A stretch of 60,618 nucleotides of DNA from an uncultured Candidatus Saccharibacteria bacterium (GTDB lineage Bacteria > Patescibacteriota > Minisyncoccia > UBA6257 > Colwellbacteraceae): positions 68,251-128,868 of the forward strand of contig CAYHTW010000002.1 in the NCBI GenBank assembly GCA_964360065.1, read 5' to 3'. The notes beneath the pieces were generated by a model. The model did not search any database. It was not told the DNA's origin and saw only the letters and a program-made list of their open reading frames with translations. A program made the translations under genes and the position numbers. Of the stretch, positions 28,874-38,131 are shown piece after piece; position 1 is the first letter of the stretch; each line of letters opens with the position of its first letter.

Positions 28874-29191
28874 TGGAGACGGTGACATTGAAGCCACGTC
28901 CAAAAATTATTTGCCTAAATCGTCTACGAGCGTATTTCGGTGAGACCGAACTTACGTGCCTTACTCTGGTTTAGTTCCGCATACTGCAAGGCGGTTTTTG
29001 TGGAACGATCCTCCTTGTATAACACGAGTTTCAATCTAAGAGGACCAGACTGAACCCATGCCGTCTTAAGCTAAAGCGAAAGACGGAACCGCTACACGTT
29101 GTGTGGCAGATATAACTTTTTTGTGAGATTAACGACGTCACAGTCGGCTCGCAAATCTAGGAAACGATGATTGTCGAAACCTGTCGTCCCC
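28874..29191 (-). ncRNA. ssrA: tmRNA (one-piece); predicted tag (A)ATQRVAVPSFALA* at 29107-29066
   Basis: 5' GGGGACGACAGGTTTCGAC pairs with 3' CGTCTCCA; T-arm GTGGC-TTCAAT-GTCAC; tag ORF ends ALA-stop; directly downstream of smpB; CCA not encoded. Confidence 0.93.
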
Positions 29192-29197
29192 ATATTA

Positions 29198-29638
29198 CTA
29201 TCGTCTTTTGGCCTCTCTTATCTCTCTAAGATCAGACCTCTTTTTTAAAAGATCTCGCTTATCTTTTGCTTTACGGCTGCGGCCTAACCCTATCTCTAAC
29301 TTGATTAAGTTGCGCTTAAGATAGACACGAAGTGGGACAAGTGTCAAGCCAATCTCTTGGGCTTTGCCTAATAAATAACGTATTTCCGAGGCATTTAGTA
29401 ACAATTTTCGGTTGCGGTGGGGGTCGTAGCCTTCAGGAGCGTTCTTGGGCTGGTAGGGAGGAATATCGGTATTTATAAGGTAGGCTTCGTCCCCGCGTAT
29501 AATGACGTAAGAGCCGCCAAGGTTAATACGCCCGGCTTTGACGGATTTAACCTCAAAGCCTTTCAGTTCTATACCTGCTTCCAGTTTTTCCTGAATGTCG
29601 TAGTCAAAATAGGCTCGTTTGTTCCTCGCAATTTCCAT
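29198..29638 (-). CDS. smpB: SsrA-binding protein
   Basis: NKRAYFDY, EAGIELKGFEVKS, RKLLL, DKRDLLKKR. Confidence 0.98.
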   Translation of the reverse strand: MEIARNKRAYFDYDIQEKLEAGIELKGFEVKSVKAGRINLGGSYVIIRGDEAYLINTDIPPYQPKNAPEGYDPHRNRKLLLNASEIRYLLGKAQEIGLTLVPLRVYLKRNLIKLEIGLGRSRKAKDKRDLLKKRSDLREIREAKRR

Positions 29639-29694
29639 ATTAGAAGTTTAAAGCTTTTTTTGAGTTTTGTCCTCCAAAAGGCTAAAATTAACGC

Positions 29695-31407
29695 ATGTTT
29701 TTGTCTTCTGTGAGGGAACTTATTGAAGAAAAATCGGGTGTCAAAGGATTTAGTCTAGAAGAACCTGAAATTAAAGCTAGGGGCCACTTGGCCACTAACG
29801 CGGCTTTCTTGATGTCTAAAAAAAGCGGCTTGCCCCCGATGAAGACTGCCGAGCTATTAAGAGAAAAACTTCTTAGTGGAAAAGAAGCGGAACTTTTTGG
29901 CAGAATTGAAATTGCCAATCCTGGATTTCTAAATTTCTGGATGTCGGGAAAAGCAACGGGCCTCGCCATAAAAGAAATAATTAAAGCTGGAAGTAAGTGG
30001 GGTAAAAATGCGCCGAAGAGTCGCAAAGAGACTATTATTGTGGAATATTCTTCGCCTAATGTGGCTAAGCCGATGCATGTGGGGCACCTACGTTCCACTA
30101 TTATCGGCGATGCCTTGGCCAATATGTACGAAACGTTAGGCTATAAAGTAATCCGCTGGAATTATATTGGTGATTGGGGGACGCAGTTCGGTAAATTAAT
30201 AGCCGCTTATAAACTTTGGGGTAGAAAGAAAGCGATTGAAAAGAATCCCATAAATGAAATGTTAAAGCTCTACGTCCGTTTTCACGAGAAAGTTAAGTCC
30301 AATCCGGATCTGGATAGAATGGCCCAAATTGAGTTCAAGAAGCTTGAAGAAGGGAATACCGAGAACAAAAAACTCTGGGCCTGGTTCAGAAAAGAGTCGC
30401 TTAAGGAATTCAGTCGTCTCTATAAAGACTTGGGAGTTAAATTTGATGTGACTGCGGGCGAGGCTTTCTACGAAAAAGATTTAAAGCCACTTATAGACAA
30501 GCTTAAAGTTAATGGAATTACCAAGGTCAGTGAGGGGGCCTTGATAGTGCCTCTGGATATCTACGGGCTTGCCCCCGCTTTAATAGAGAAGTCAGACGGG
30601 GCAACTTTATACTTAACAAGAGATATCGCGAACTTGGAATATCGCCTCGGAAAGTACAAATTGCATAAGATCTTATATGTAGTAGCCAATGAACAGGCCC
30701 ACCATTTCAACCAGCTTTTCGCAGTCGCTAAAATTTTGGGCTTGGAGTCAGTGAGCCTGGAACACGTTAAGTTTGGTATGGTTTTGGGCTCCGACGGCAA
30801 AAAACTTTCCACTCGTGAAGGGAAAACTGTTATCTTAGACGACTTAATTAATGAAGCGGTGAAGCTGGCTTACAAAATAGTGGCGGCTAAAAACTCCAAG
30901 CTTCCCAAGAGAGAAAAAGAGAAAATAGCTAAGACTGTGGGTATAGGAGCTATTAAATATAACGATCTCTCCCAGAACAGAGTCGGCGATATTGTTTTTG
31001 ACTGGGATAAGATGTTAAGCCTCACTGGCAACTCCGCTCCGTATCTTCAATACACTTATGTGCGACTGAAGAGCGTTTTAAGGAAAGCCCGCCTCAGCGG
31101 CGGGTCCGCCGATGAAGCGAAGTTTCACGTCAAACATTTAGGTAATGAGTCAGATTCGGCTTTGATAATGAAGTTGGCACAATTTCCTGAAGCGATAAGT
31201 CGTGCTGCCGAGACTTGCTTGCCAAGCCACTTGGCAAAGTACCTATACGAGCTGGCTCAAGAAGTTAATCACTACTACGAAATCAATTCTGTTTTGAAGT
31301 CGGGCGTAGAAATCAGAAACGCGAGGCTTACGCTCATCAAAGCCGTTGTTGAAATCCTGAAAAATGGGTTAGACTTACTTGGTATCCAGACCTTAGAGAG
31401 AATGTGA
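29695..31407 (+). CDS. argS: Arginine--tRNA ligase
   Basis: VEYSSPNVAKPMHVGHLRSTIIGD, GDWGTQFG, GNSAPYLQY, C-terminal ERM. Confidence 0.98.
   Translation: MFLSSVRELIEEKSGVKGFSLEEPEIKARGHLATNAAFLMSKKSGLPPMKTAELLREKLLSGKEAELFGRIEIANPGFLNFWMSGKATGLAIKEIIKAGSKWGKNAPKSRKETIIVEYSSPNVAKPMHVGHLRSTIIGDALANMYETLGYKVIRWNYIGDWGTQFGKLIAAYKLWGRKKAIEKNPINEMLKLYVRFHEKVKSNPDLDRMAQIEFKKLEEGNTENKKLWAWFRKESLKEFSRLYKDLGVKFDVTAGEAFYEKDLKPLIDKLKVNGITKVSEGALIVPLDIYGLAPALIEKSDGATLYLTRDIANLEYRLGKYKLHKILYVVANEQAHHFNQLFAVAKILGLESVSLEHVKFGMVLGSDGKKLSTREGKTVILDDLINEAVKLAYKIVAAKNSKLPKREKEKIAKTVGIGAIKYNDLSQNRVGDIVFDWDKMLSLTGNSAPYLQYTYVRLKSVLRKARLSGGSADEAKFHVKHLGNESDSALIMKLAQFPEAISRAAETCLPSHLAKYLYELAQEVNHYYEINSVLKSGVEIRNARLTLIKAVVEILKNGLDLLGIQTLERM
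31088..31104. repeat. Short GC-rich palindrome in frame in argS
   Basis: CCCGCC-TCAGC-GGCGGG in the linker after SVLRKA. Confidence 0.5.
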
Positions 31408-31434
31408 GGATTTAAACTCACAAATAAAATTGGC

Positions 31435-34400
31435 ATGAAAAAAAACTTTGAAGGAGTCAACCTACCTGAAATAGAGCGTAAAGTCCTTAATTTCTGGAAA
31501 GAGAATAAGGTTTTTGAAAAATCCCTAGCCAAGGATTCGCCCAAAGGCGAATTTGTTTTTTATGACGGCCCCCCCTTTGCTACGGGGCTTCCTCACACTG
31601 GAAGTCTTTTGAGTTCCATCATCAAAGATGTGGTTCCCAGGTACAAAACTATGCGTGGTTACCAAGTGCGCCGACGCTGGGGCTGGGACTGTCACGGTTT
31701 GCCCATAGAAAGTTTGGTGGAGAAACAGCTTAACTTAAAGACAAAGAAAGACATCATTACAATCGGCGTAGATACTTTTAACGAGACAGCTCGTTCTATG
31801 GTTTTGCAATATGTTGGCGACTGGGAGAAATATGTGGATCGTGTAGGACGTTGGGTTGATTTCAAAAACTCCTACAAGACGATGGACAACACCTATATAG
31901 AGTCAGTTTGGTGGGCACTGAAAAATCTCCACGAGAAAGAGTTGCTCTACGAGGGCAGGAAGGTTTTGATGTATTGCCCGCATTGCGAGACGCCTTTGGC
32001 CAAGGCCGAGATTGCGATGGACAACACCTACAAAGATATTACAGAAGAGGCGGTGACTGTTAAGTTTAGAGTTATGAATCCAACTGCGAAAGGCTTGCCG
32101 GAAAACACTTTTATTCTGGCCTGGACTACTACACCATGGACCCTACCCGGCAATGTGGCTTTAGCGGTGGGAGAAAGTATTACTTATGTGGTCAGTGAGA
32201 AAGCTGGAGACAATTTCATTACAGCTAAAGAAAGACTTCCAGATGGAGCAAATATAATTTTCGAAATTAAAGGGTCTGCTTTAGTTGGCGTGGAGTACGA
32301 ACCTTTATATGAAGTGCCTTTGGTAGATGCTCATCAAGGCAAAAAATATGTAGTTCTCGGAGCAGAATTCGTTTCAACCGAGGAAGGAACGGGCATAGTG
32401 CACACTGCTGTGATGTATGGTGAAGACGATTTTGTTTTAGGCCAAAAGGAAGGTTTGCCGATGGTTCAACTTCTGGACGCGAGCGGGAACTTCAATGAAC
32501 AAGCTCCGGAACTGGTGCGTGGTAAATATATCAAGGCGGCCGAGAAAGATATCAAGCACAACTTGGAAAGCCGGGGATTGATGTTAGAAAAGCAAAACAA
32601 TACGCACTCATACCCGCATTGTTACCGCTGTGGCACACCCTTAATTTATAACGCAGTGTCATCCTGGTTTATTAATATCCAAAAAATTAAGGGGAGGATG
32701 CTTGAGGAAAACGAGAAAGTTAACTGGGTTCCAGACCACCTAAAACACGGCAGATTTCAACATATAGTGGATAATGCTCCCGACTGGACAATTTCCAGAA
32801 ATCGTTTCTGGGCCTCTCCTTTGCCTATCTGGAAGGATAAAAAAGGAAACTTGACTGTTATTGGTTCACTGGACGAACTCAAGGAACACATCAAGAAATC
32901 CGGCAACACATATTTCACGATGCGGCACGGAGAAGCGGATTCAAATGTTGAAGAAAGGGTGAGTGCTTACGCAGATGATCCGGTGCATCTCACCGAGCAG
33001 GGGAAAGCTGATGTACAGAAATCAGCGCAAGGTCTCGTGGGGAAGAATATAGATTTAGTAATCGTTTCGCCTTTCGTGCGAACGCAGGAGACCGCAGAGA
33101 TAGTTCGCATGACTTTGGGGCTTGAAAAATCGGCAGTCGTGCTTGAGCCAGAACTGTCTGAATATAATCATGGAGAGTTCAACCAGAAGTTGCTTTCCGT
33201 TTGGTTTGCATCATTCCCTGATACTCTAGATAGCGACATTAATCGTTTCAAACATGGGCCCAAAAACGGAGAGTCGCTCAGTGATCTTCGTCGTAGGGTA
33301 GGTTCAGTATTCTACAATTTGGATGAAACATATTCCGGCAAGAATATCCTTATCATTTCACATGGTGAACCGCTTTGGATGCTCTCCGCGATTGCAAAGG
33401 GAGTACACAAGGAAGAAGCGGCTCTCATCTCGTATCCTGTGCTCGCTGAAGTGAAAGAGTTAACATTCGTTCCATTCCCACACAACAAGGATTACGAACT
33501 TGATTACCACCTGCCGTACATAGATCAGATTAAACTTGAAAATGAAAATGGTGAAGAACTCACCCGTGTTCCGGAAGTTGTAGATTGTTGGGTGGAATCA
33601 AGCGCCATGCCTTTTGCCGAGTACCATTATCCTTTTGAGAATAAAGAAGAATTTGAGAAAAGAGCTCCGGGGGATTTTATCGCGGAATATATCGCCCAGA
33701 CGAGAACATGGTTTTATTATATGCATACTATGGGTGTCGGACTTTTCAACCGCTTGGCTTTTAGGAACGTTATTTCTACCGGTACAATTTTAGCGGCTGA
33801 TGGCAGTAAGATGAGTAAATCTAAAGGCAACTATACCGACCCCCTGGAGCTGATGGAGAAGCTCGGTGCCGACCCTCTGCGTTTTCATTTGATGAATAGC
33901 GTAGTGATGCAGGCAGAAGATTTAGCCTTCAAAGATGAAGATGTCAGAGAGACGCAAAACCGAGTTATCAGTATGTTAAGAAATTGTCTTAAGTTCTATG
34001 AGTTATACAAAGCGGATTTTAACGGAACAACTTCGGCAAGTAACAGCAAACATCCGCTAGACCTGTGGATAATGGCGAGAATCAGCCAAACAATAGAGGA
34101 GACAACTGCGTATTTTGATACCTTCAACTTACCCGTGGTCTGCCGAAGTCTGAAAGCTTTAATAAATGACTACTCTACCTGGTATGTGAGGCGCAGCAGA
34201 GAGAGAGTTAAGGGAGGAGCCGAAGTTGATAAACAGTTTGCATTAGCGGTCCAGAAAGAAGCGCTTCTTACCATCGCTAAACTTATCGCTCCCATTATGC
34301 CTTTCACAGCTGAAGCTGTTTACGCGGGAGCGGATGGCGAGTTGGAAAGCGTTCATTTGGAGACTTGGCCGGAGGCCGCTAAATATAATGAAGGTGTCAT

Positions 34401-34899
34401 AAGTGATATGGCCGCTATCCGTGAACTAGCCTCCAAGGCTTTAAGGCTTAGAGAAAAAGCAGGAATAAAAGTTCGTCAACCATTGGCGTCACTTACAGTT
34501 AAGCCGAGTGAGCCATCTTTGAAGGGTAAAAATGAACTACTGGAGATGCTTAAAGACGAAGCTAACATAAAAGAAGTTTTGTTTAATGATTCCGTTTCGG
34601 AAGAGGCCGAACTGGACATTAATCTTACTCAGGAGCTTAAAGCGGAAGGTATGGCGAGAGATTTAACAAGATTGACCCAAGACTTAAGAAAAAGGGCGGG
34701 ATTAAAACCTCAAGACGCCATAAGGCTTTATATAGAAGCTCATCAAGATTTTGTAAACATTATTACGCCGCAATTATTATCTTTTGGGAAAGAAGTTGGA
34801 GCAGACAAAGTAGAATTCTCTAAAGAAATGTCTTCGGAGAATGAGTCTGTCGGAAAGATAGGCGACTACGAGGTTAAAATTACTTTAAAGAAGTCCTAG
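31435..34899 (+). CDS. ileS: Isoleucine--tRNA ligase (type 2-like) with inserted histidine-phosphatase domain
   Basis: GPPFATGLPH, GWDCHGLP, WTTTPWTLP, DWTISRNRFW, KMSKS; insert RHGE...SP..RT..T...GES...SHG at about 32902-33470. Confidence 0.93.
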   Translation: MKKNFEGVNLPEIERKVLNFWKENKVFEKSLAKDSPKGEFVFYDGPPFATGLPHTGSLLSSIIKDVVPRYKTMRGYQVRRRWGWDCHGLPIESLVEKQLNLKTKKDIITIGVDTFNETARSMVLQYVGDWEKYVDRVGRWVDFKNSYKTMDNTYIESVWWALKNLHEKELLYEGRKVLMYCPHCETPLAKAEIAMDNTYKDITEEAVTVKFRVMNPTAKGLPENTFILAWTTTPWTLPGNVALAVGESITYVVSEKAGDNFITAKERLPDGANIIFEIKGSALVGVEYEPLYEVPLVDAHQGKKYVVLGAEFVSTEEGTGIVHTAVMYGEDDFVLGQKEGLPMVQLLDASGNFNEQAPELVRGKYIKAAEKDIKHNLESRGLMLEKQNNTHSYPHCYRCGTPLIYNAVSSWFINIQKIKGRMLEENEKVNWVPDHLKHGRFQHIVDNAPDWTISRNRFWASPLPIWKDKKGNLTVIGSLDELKEHIKKSGNTYFTMRHGEADSNVEERVSAYADDPVHLTEQGKADVQKSAQGLVGKNIDLVIVSPFVRTQETAEIVRMTLGLEKSAVVLEPELSEYNHGEFNQKLLSVWFASFPDTLDSDINRFKHGPKNGESLSDLRRRVGSVFYNLDETYSGKNILIISHGEPLWMLSAIAKGVHKEEAALISYPVLAEVKELTFVPFPHNKDYELDYHLPYIDQIKLENENGEELTRVPEVVDCWVESSAMPFAEYHYPFENKEEFEKRAPGDFIAEYIAQTRTWFYYMHTMGVGLFNRLAFRNVISTGTILAADGSKMSKSKGNYTDPLELMEKLGADPLRFHLMNSVVMQAEDLAFKDEDVRETQNRVISMLRNCLKFYELYKADFNGTTSASNSKHPLDLWIMARISQTIEETTAYFDTFNLPVVCRSLKALINDYSTWYVRRSRERVKGGAEVDKQFALAVQKEALLTIAKLIAPIMPFTAEAVYAGADGELESVHLETWPEAAKYNEGVISDMAAIRELASKALRLREKAGIKVRQPLASLTVKPSEPSLKGKNELLEMLKDEANIKEVLFNDSVSEEAELDINLTQELKAEGMARDLTRLTQDLRKRAGLKPQDAIRLYIEAHQDFVNIITPQLLSFGKEVGADKVEFSKEMSSENESVGKIGDYEVKITLKKS

Positions 34900-35876
34900 A
34901 TAAGCCCAGTTTTCTTGTTAACTTCCGCCATAGTTTTAGAGGCAATTTTTTCGGCTTTTTTGGCGCCTTGTGCCAGAATACTCATAACGCCTTTCCTGTT
35001 CTTCAGGAGTTTATTTCTTTTAGTTTGGAAAGTGGAAAGCTTTTCTATAACCACATCAGAGAGGGCATTTTTAAACTCGGCATAACCGCAGCCCTTAAAC
35101 TTTTTGACTACATCATCAGTAGAGAGTCCTGAAAATTCGGAATAAATCAAAATCAAGTTAGAAACTGCCGGTCTTTTCTCCGGATCAAATTCAATAGTTC
35201 CGAATGAATCTGTCACGGCTCTTTTGATTTTGTCTCTGATCGTAGCCGGGGAGTCCGATAGGTAGAGACAGCCGTTAGGAATGGATTTAGACATTTTTTT
35301 AGCTGGATCAGCTAGGCTCATAACTCTGGCGCTTCTAGTAGCCACCGCTTTAGGCTCTTTAAAAGTTTTGCCGAATCTGTCGTTAAAGGTTCTCACTATT
35401 TCCCGGGTTAGTTCTACGTGTTGTCTCTGATCATCTCCAACGGGTACATATTCGGCCTTGTAAATAAGAATATCCGCCGCCATAAGGACCGGATAGTCTA
35501 AGAGCCCCGCGTTAGGCATTTGTCCTTCGCTTAACTTCTCTTTGTATTCAATCATGCCCTGAAGTTTTCCAACAGGAGTGATGGTGTTAAAAATCCAGGC
35601 CAAGTTGGCGTGTTCTGGCACATGAGACTGAATAAAGATAACTGATTTTTTAGGGTCTACGCCCATAGCCAAAACATCAACAGCTATCTTGAAAATTTCT
35701 GCGGCTTTTCCCTTTGGTTCGTAACGCTGGGTTAAGGAGTGATAGTCGGCGATGAAATAGAACGGAGTGTACTTACCGGAGTTCTGAAGCTCAATAGCCT
35801 GCCTTAACATACCAAGATAATTACCAATGTGGAGTTCTCCGGAGGGTTTGATGCCGCTAACGATAATAGGTTTCAT
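34896..35876 (-). CDS. trpS: Tryptophan--tRNA ligase
   Basis: SGIKPSGELHIGNY, YPVLMAADIL, VPVGDDQRQH, KMSKS. Confidence 0.98.
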   Translation of the reverse strand: MKPIIVSGIKPSGELHIGNYLGMLRQAIELQNSGKYTPFYFIADYHSLTQRYEPKGKAAEIFKIAVDVLAMGVDPKKSVIFIQSHVPEHANLAWIFNTITPVGKLQGMIEYKEKLSEGQMPNAGLLDYPVLMAADILIYKAEYVPVGDDQRQHVELTREIVRTFNDRFGKTFKEPKAVATRSARVMSLADPAKKMSKSIPNGCLYLSDSPATIRDKIKRAVTDSFGTIEFDPEKRPAVSNLILIYSEFSGLSTDDVVKKFKGCGYAEFKNALSDVVIEKLSTFQTKRNKLLKNRKGVMSILAQGAKKAEKIASKTMAEVNKKTGLI

Positions 35877-35913
35877 AATTTAAAGTATAAATTGTAAATT
35901 GTGAAATTGAAAA

Positions 35914-37650
35914 TTACACCTCTATGATTACAGGCAGAATCATCGGTCTCCTGTAGGTCTTATTGTAGACGTACTGGCCAATTTGGTCTCTAAAGATAGT
36001 TTTGAGATAATCAGGATCAACTTGTTGCGGGCGTGGGATGCGGTTAATGATATTTTTTATTTTGGTACGGATTTCGTCCAGCATACCTTGGTTATCTTTA
36101 AGGTAAATGAAACCACGGGAGATAATGTCCGGGTTTTTAATAATGCGGCCAGTCTTCCTGTCTACGGTCGCTATCACAACTAACATCCCCTCTTGAGCCA
36201 ACAGTTTCCTATCTCTTAAAACTATTTCGCCGACGTCTCCAACTCCCAGACCATCAACCATAACGTAGTAGGCCGGTACGGTTTCGTCTGTAATAACGAA
36301 ATCATCTTTAGTAAGTTCGGCGACTTGACCATTGTCCATTAAACGGATGTTTTCTTTATCTACCCCTCCCTCTACGGAATTTCTACCGTTGGCAACTCTC
36401 ATGAAGTAATAGCCGTGCACCGGCATGACAAATTTAGGTCGCAGGAGCTTGGTTACCATGGTTAAGTCTCCGGCTGGCGCGTGACCGCTCACGTGGATAT
36501 CTATAATGTTTGTTTGATGAACAATAGCCCCTTGGCGGATTATATTATCTTTCAAAACTTGGACACTTCTTTCGTTGCCTGGGATTACGGACGAAGAGAA
36601 TATCATAGTGTCTCCGGCTTTGATGCGGATATGCTTGTGTTCGCCGCTTACAATCCTCATAAGCCCGGCACGTGATTCTCCCTGGGCGCCAGTAGTTATA
36701 ATAAGGAGTTTGTCGTCTTTGTGCTTATTAATTTCGTCCGGAGAAATAAGAGTGCCCTTTTTAGCATTAATGTAGCCCATATTTTGACAGATTTGTATGT
36801 TGTCTTTCATAGACCTGCCGTTTACGAGAACTTTCTTCCCCATTTTCTCGGCTATCTTAATGATTTCAGCTATACGAGTAATCATGGAGGCGAAGGTGGT
36901 AAGAATAATTCTCCCCTTAGCTGCCTTAAAAAGTATTTCTAAGTTCTTTTCCACCAACCTTTCGGATATGGTTTTCCCAGGCTCTTCGGCATTGGTCGAG
37001 TCGGACATAAAAGTGTGGATGCCCATGTCCCCAACCCTTTTTATTGCGTCCAAGCCATTCGCCTTGCCGTCCTCTGTGTAGTCAATGCGAAAGTCGCCTA
37101 AGTGGGCGATGTTGCCCACCGGCGTTTTGATAATGACTCCGGTGGAATCCGGGATGGTATGCTCCACCGTGATGAATTCCACATCAAAATATTCGCCAAT
37201 CTTAGCTTTATAACCGTCTTCAATCGAGACTATGTTTAATTTAGGAGCGTTAACAAATTCTTCTTGCCGTTTTTCAATAATAGCTTTAGTAAGTTTGGCC
37301 GTGTAGAGTGTCGGGTTGCCTAGTTTGCCCATAAGGTATGGGATGGCTCCAATGTGATCGTAGTGGCCGTGGGTGATAATCACCGCTCTGATATTTTTCT
37401 TCTTGTGTTCCAAAGACTCTATGTTGGGGATGATGTAATCAATACCGGGAGTCTCTTCTTCCGGAAACTGTAACCCCATATCAATAATGACTATTTCATC
37501 TTTGTATTCAAGATACATCATATTACGACCGATCTCTTCTAAGCCACCGAGTGGGACTAGGCGCAGTGTTTCGCTTTTGTCTACGTTGGCGTCTGTTTTT
37601 CTTGGAGAATAATTTCCTTTCTCCGATTCTCGCTTGATTTTTGTAATCAT
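35914..37650 (-). CDS. rnj: Ribonuclease J
   Basis: LGGLEEIGRNM, THGHYDHIG, HVSGH, PVHG, RRPMILPVIIEV. Confidence 0.97.
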   Translation of the reverse strand: MITKIKRESEKGNYSPRKTDANVDKSETLRLVPLGGLEEIGRNMMYLEYKDEIVIIDMGLQFPEEETPGIDYIIPNIESLEHKKKNIRAVIITHGHYDHIGAIPYLMGKLGNPTLYTAKLTKAIIEKRQEEFVNAPKLNIVSIEDGYKAKIGEYFDVEFITVEHTIPDSTGVIIKTPVGNIAHLGDFRIDYTEDGKANGLDAIKRVGDMGIHTFMSDSTNAEEPGKTISERLVEKNLEILFKAAKGRIILTTFASMITRIAEIIKIAEKMGKKVLVNGRSMKDNIQICQNMGYINAKKGTLISPDEINKHKDDKLLIITTGAQGESRAGLMRIVSGEHKHIRIKAGDTMIFSSSVIPGNERSVQVLKDNIIRQGAIVHQTNIIDIHVSGHAPAGDLTMVTKLLRPKFVMPVHGYYFMRVANGRNSVEGGVDKENIRLMDNGQVAELTKDDFVITDETVPAYYVMVDGLGVGDVGEIVLRDRKLLAQEGMLVVIATVDRKTGRIIKNPDIISRGFIYLKDNQGMLDEIRTKIKNIINRIPRPQQVDPDYLKTIFRDQIGQYVYNKTYRRPMILPVIIEV

Positions 37651-37672
37651 ATTTATTTTTTATTTTTCTTTG

Positions 37673-37754
37673 TGCCTCCAAGAGGATTTGAACCTCTAAC
37701 CCTTGCGGGACAGCGTTCTGAACGCTGCGCGTATGCCAGTTCCGCCATGGAGGC
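37673..37754 (-). tRNA. tRNA-Leu(CAG)
   Basis: GCCTCCA/TGGAGGC acceptor, anticodon arm CAGCG-TTCAGAA-CGCTG, long variable arm, T-arm AGAGG-TTCAAAT-CCTCT; CCA not encoded. Confidence 0.96.
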
Positions 37755-37785
37755 AGGGACATAACCGTCTTTCTTATTAATTAAA

Positions 37786-38118
37786 CTATTTTCTGTCGCC
37801 GTATTTTTCAAAGACAGACCAAAAATTAAGAGTTTCGGAACCTTCGTTGTGAATTTTGTGAAATTTGCCTCTGTGGACGAGCACTACGTCGCCACCCTTA
37901 ACTTTCTGGTTATCCGTGTCTATATCAATAGATCCGTTGCCGCTGATAAAAATGTAAACTTCGTCGGCGTCAGCATGAGAATGTCCTGTCGTGGACTTTC
38001 CTTCATAAAGTTCTGTTAAAGATAGATTTAGGTTCTGTAAGGCCGGAAGATCGTAGACCTTGTAGATGTCGTTGTCTCTAATGAGGTTGGAAATCTTTTT
38101 ATACTCTCTAATATCCAT
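37786..38118 (-). CDS. Cupin domain protein
   Basis: GHSHADADEVYIFISG...GDVVLVHRGKFHKIHN. Confidence 0.9.
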   Translation of the reverse strand: MDIREYKKISNLIRDNDIYKVYDLPALQNLNLSLTELYEGKSTTGHSHADADEVYIFISGNGSIDIDTDNQKVKGGDVVLVHRGKFHKIHNEGSETLNFWSVFEKYGDRK

Positions 38119-38131
38119 GGGCTTTTGTCAA

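Noticed and set aside
35888-35912. AAATTGT-like 7-nt repeats upstream of trpS
   Set aside because: Low-complexity AT-rich tract; no T-box or attenuator visible, and trpS looks leaderless.
37523-37762. 79-aa ORF
   Set aside because: Overlaps tRNA-Leu and the rnj start.
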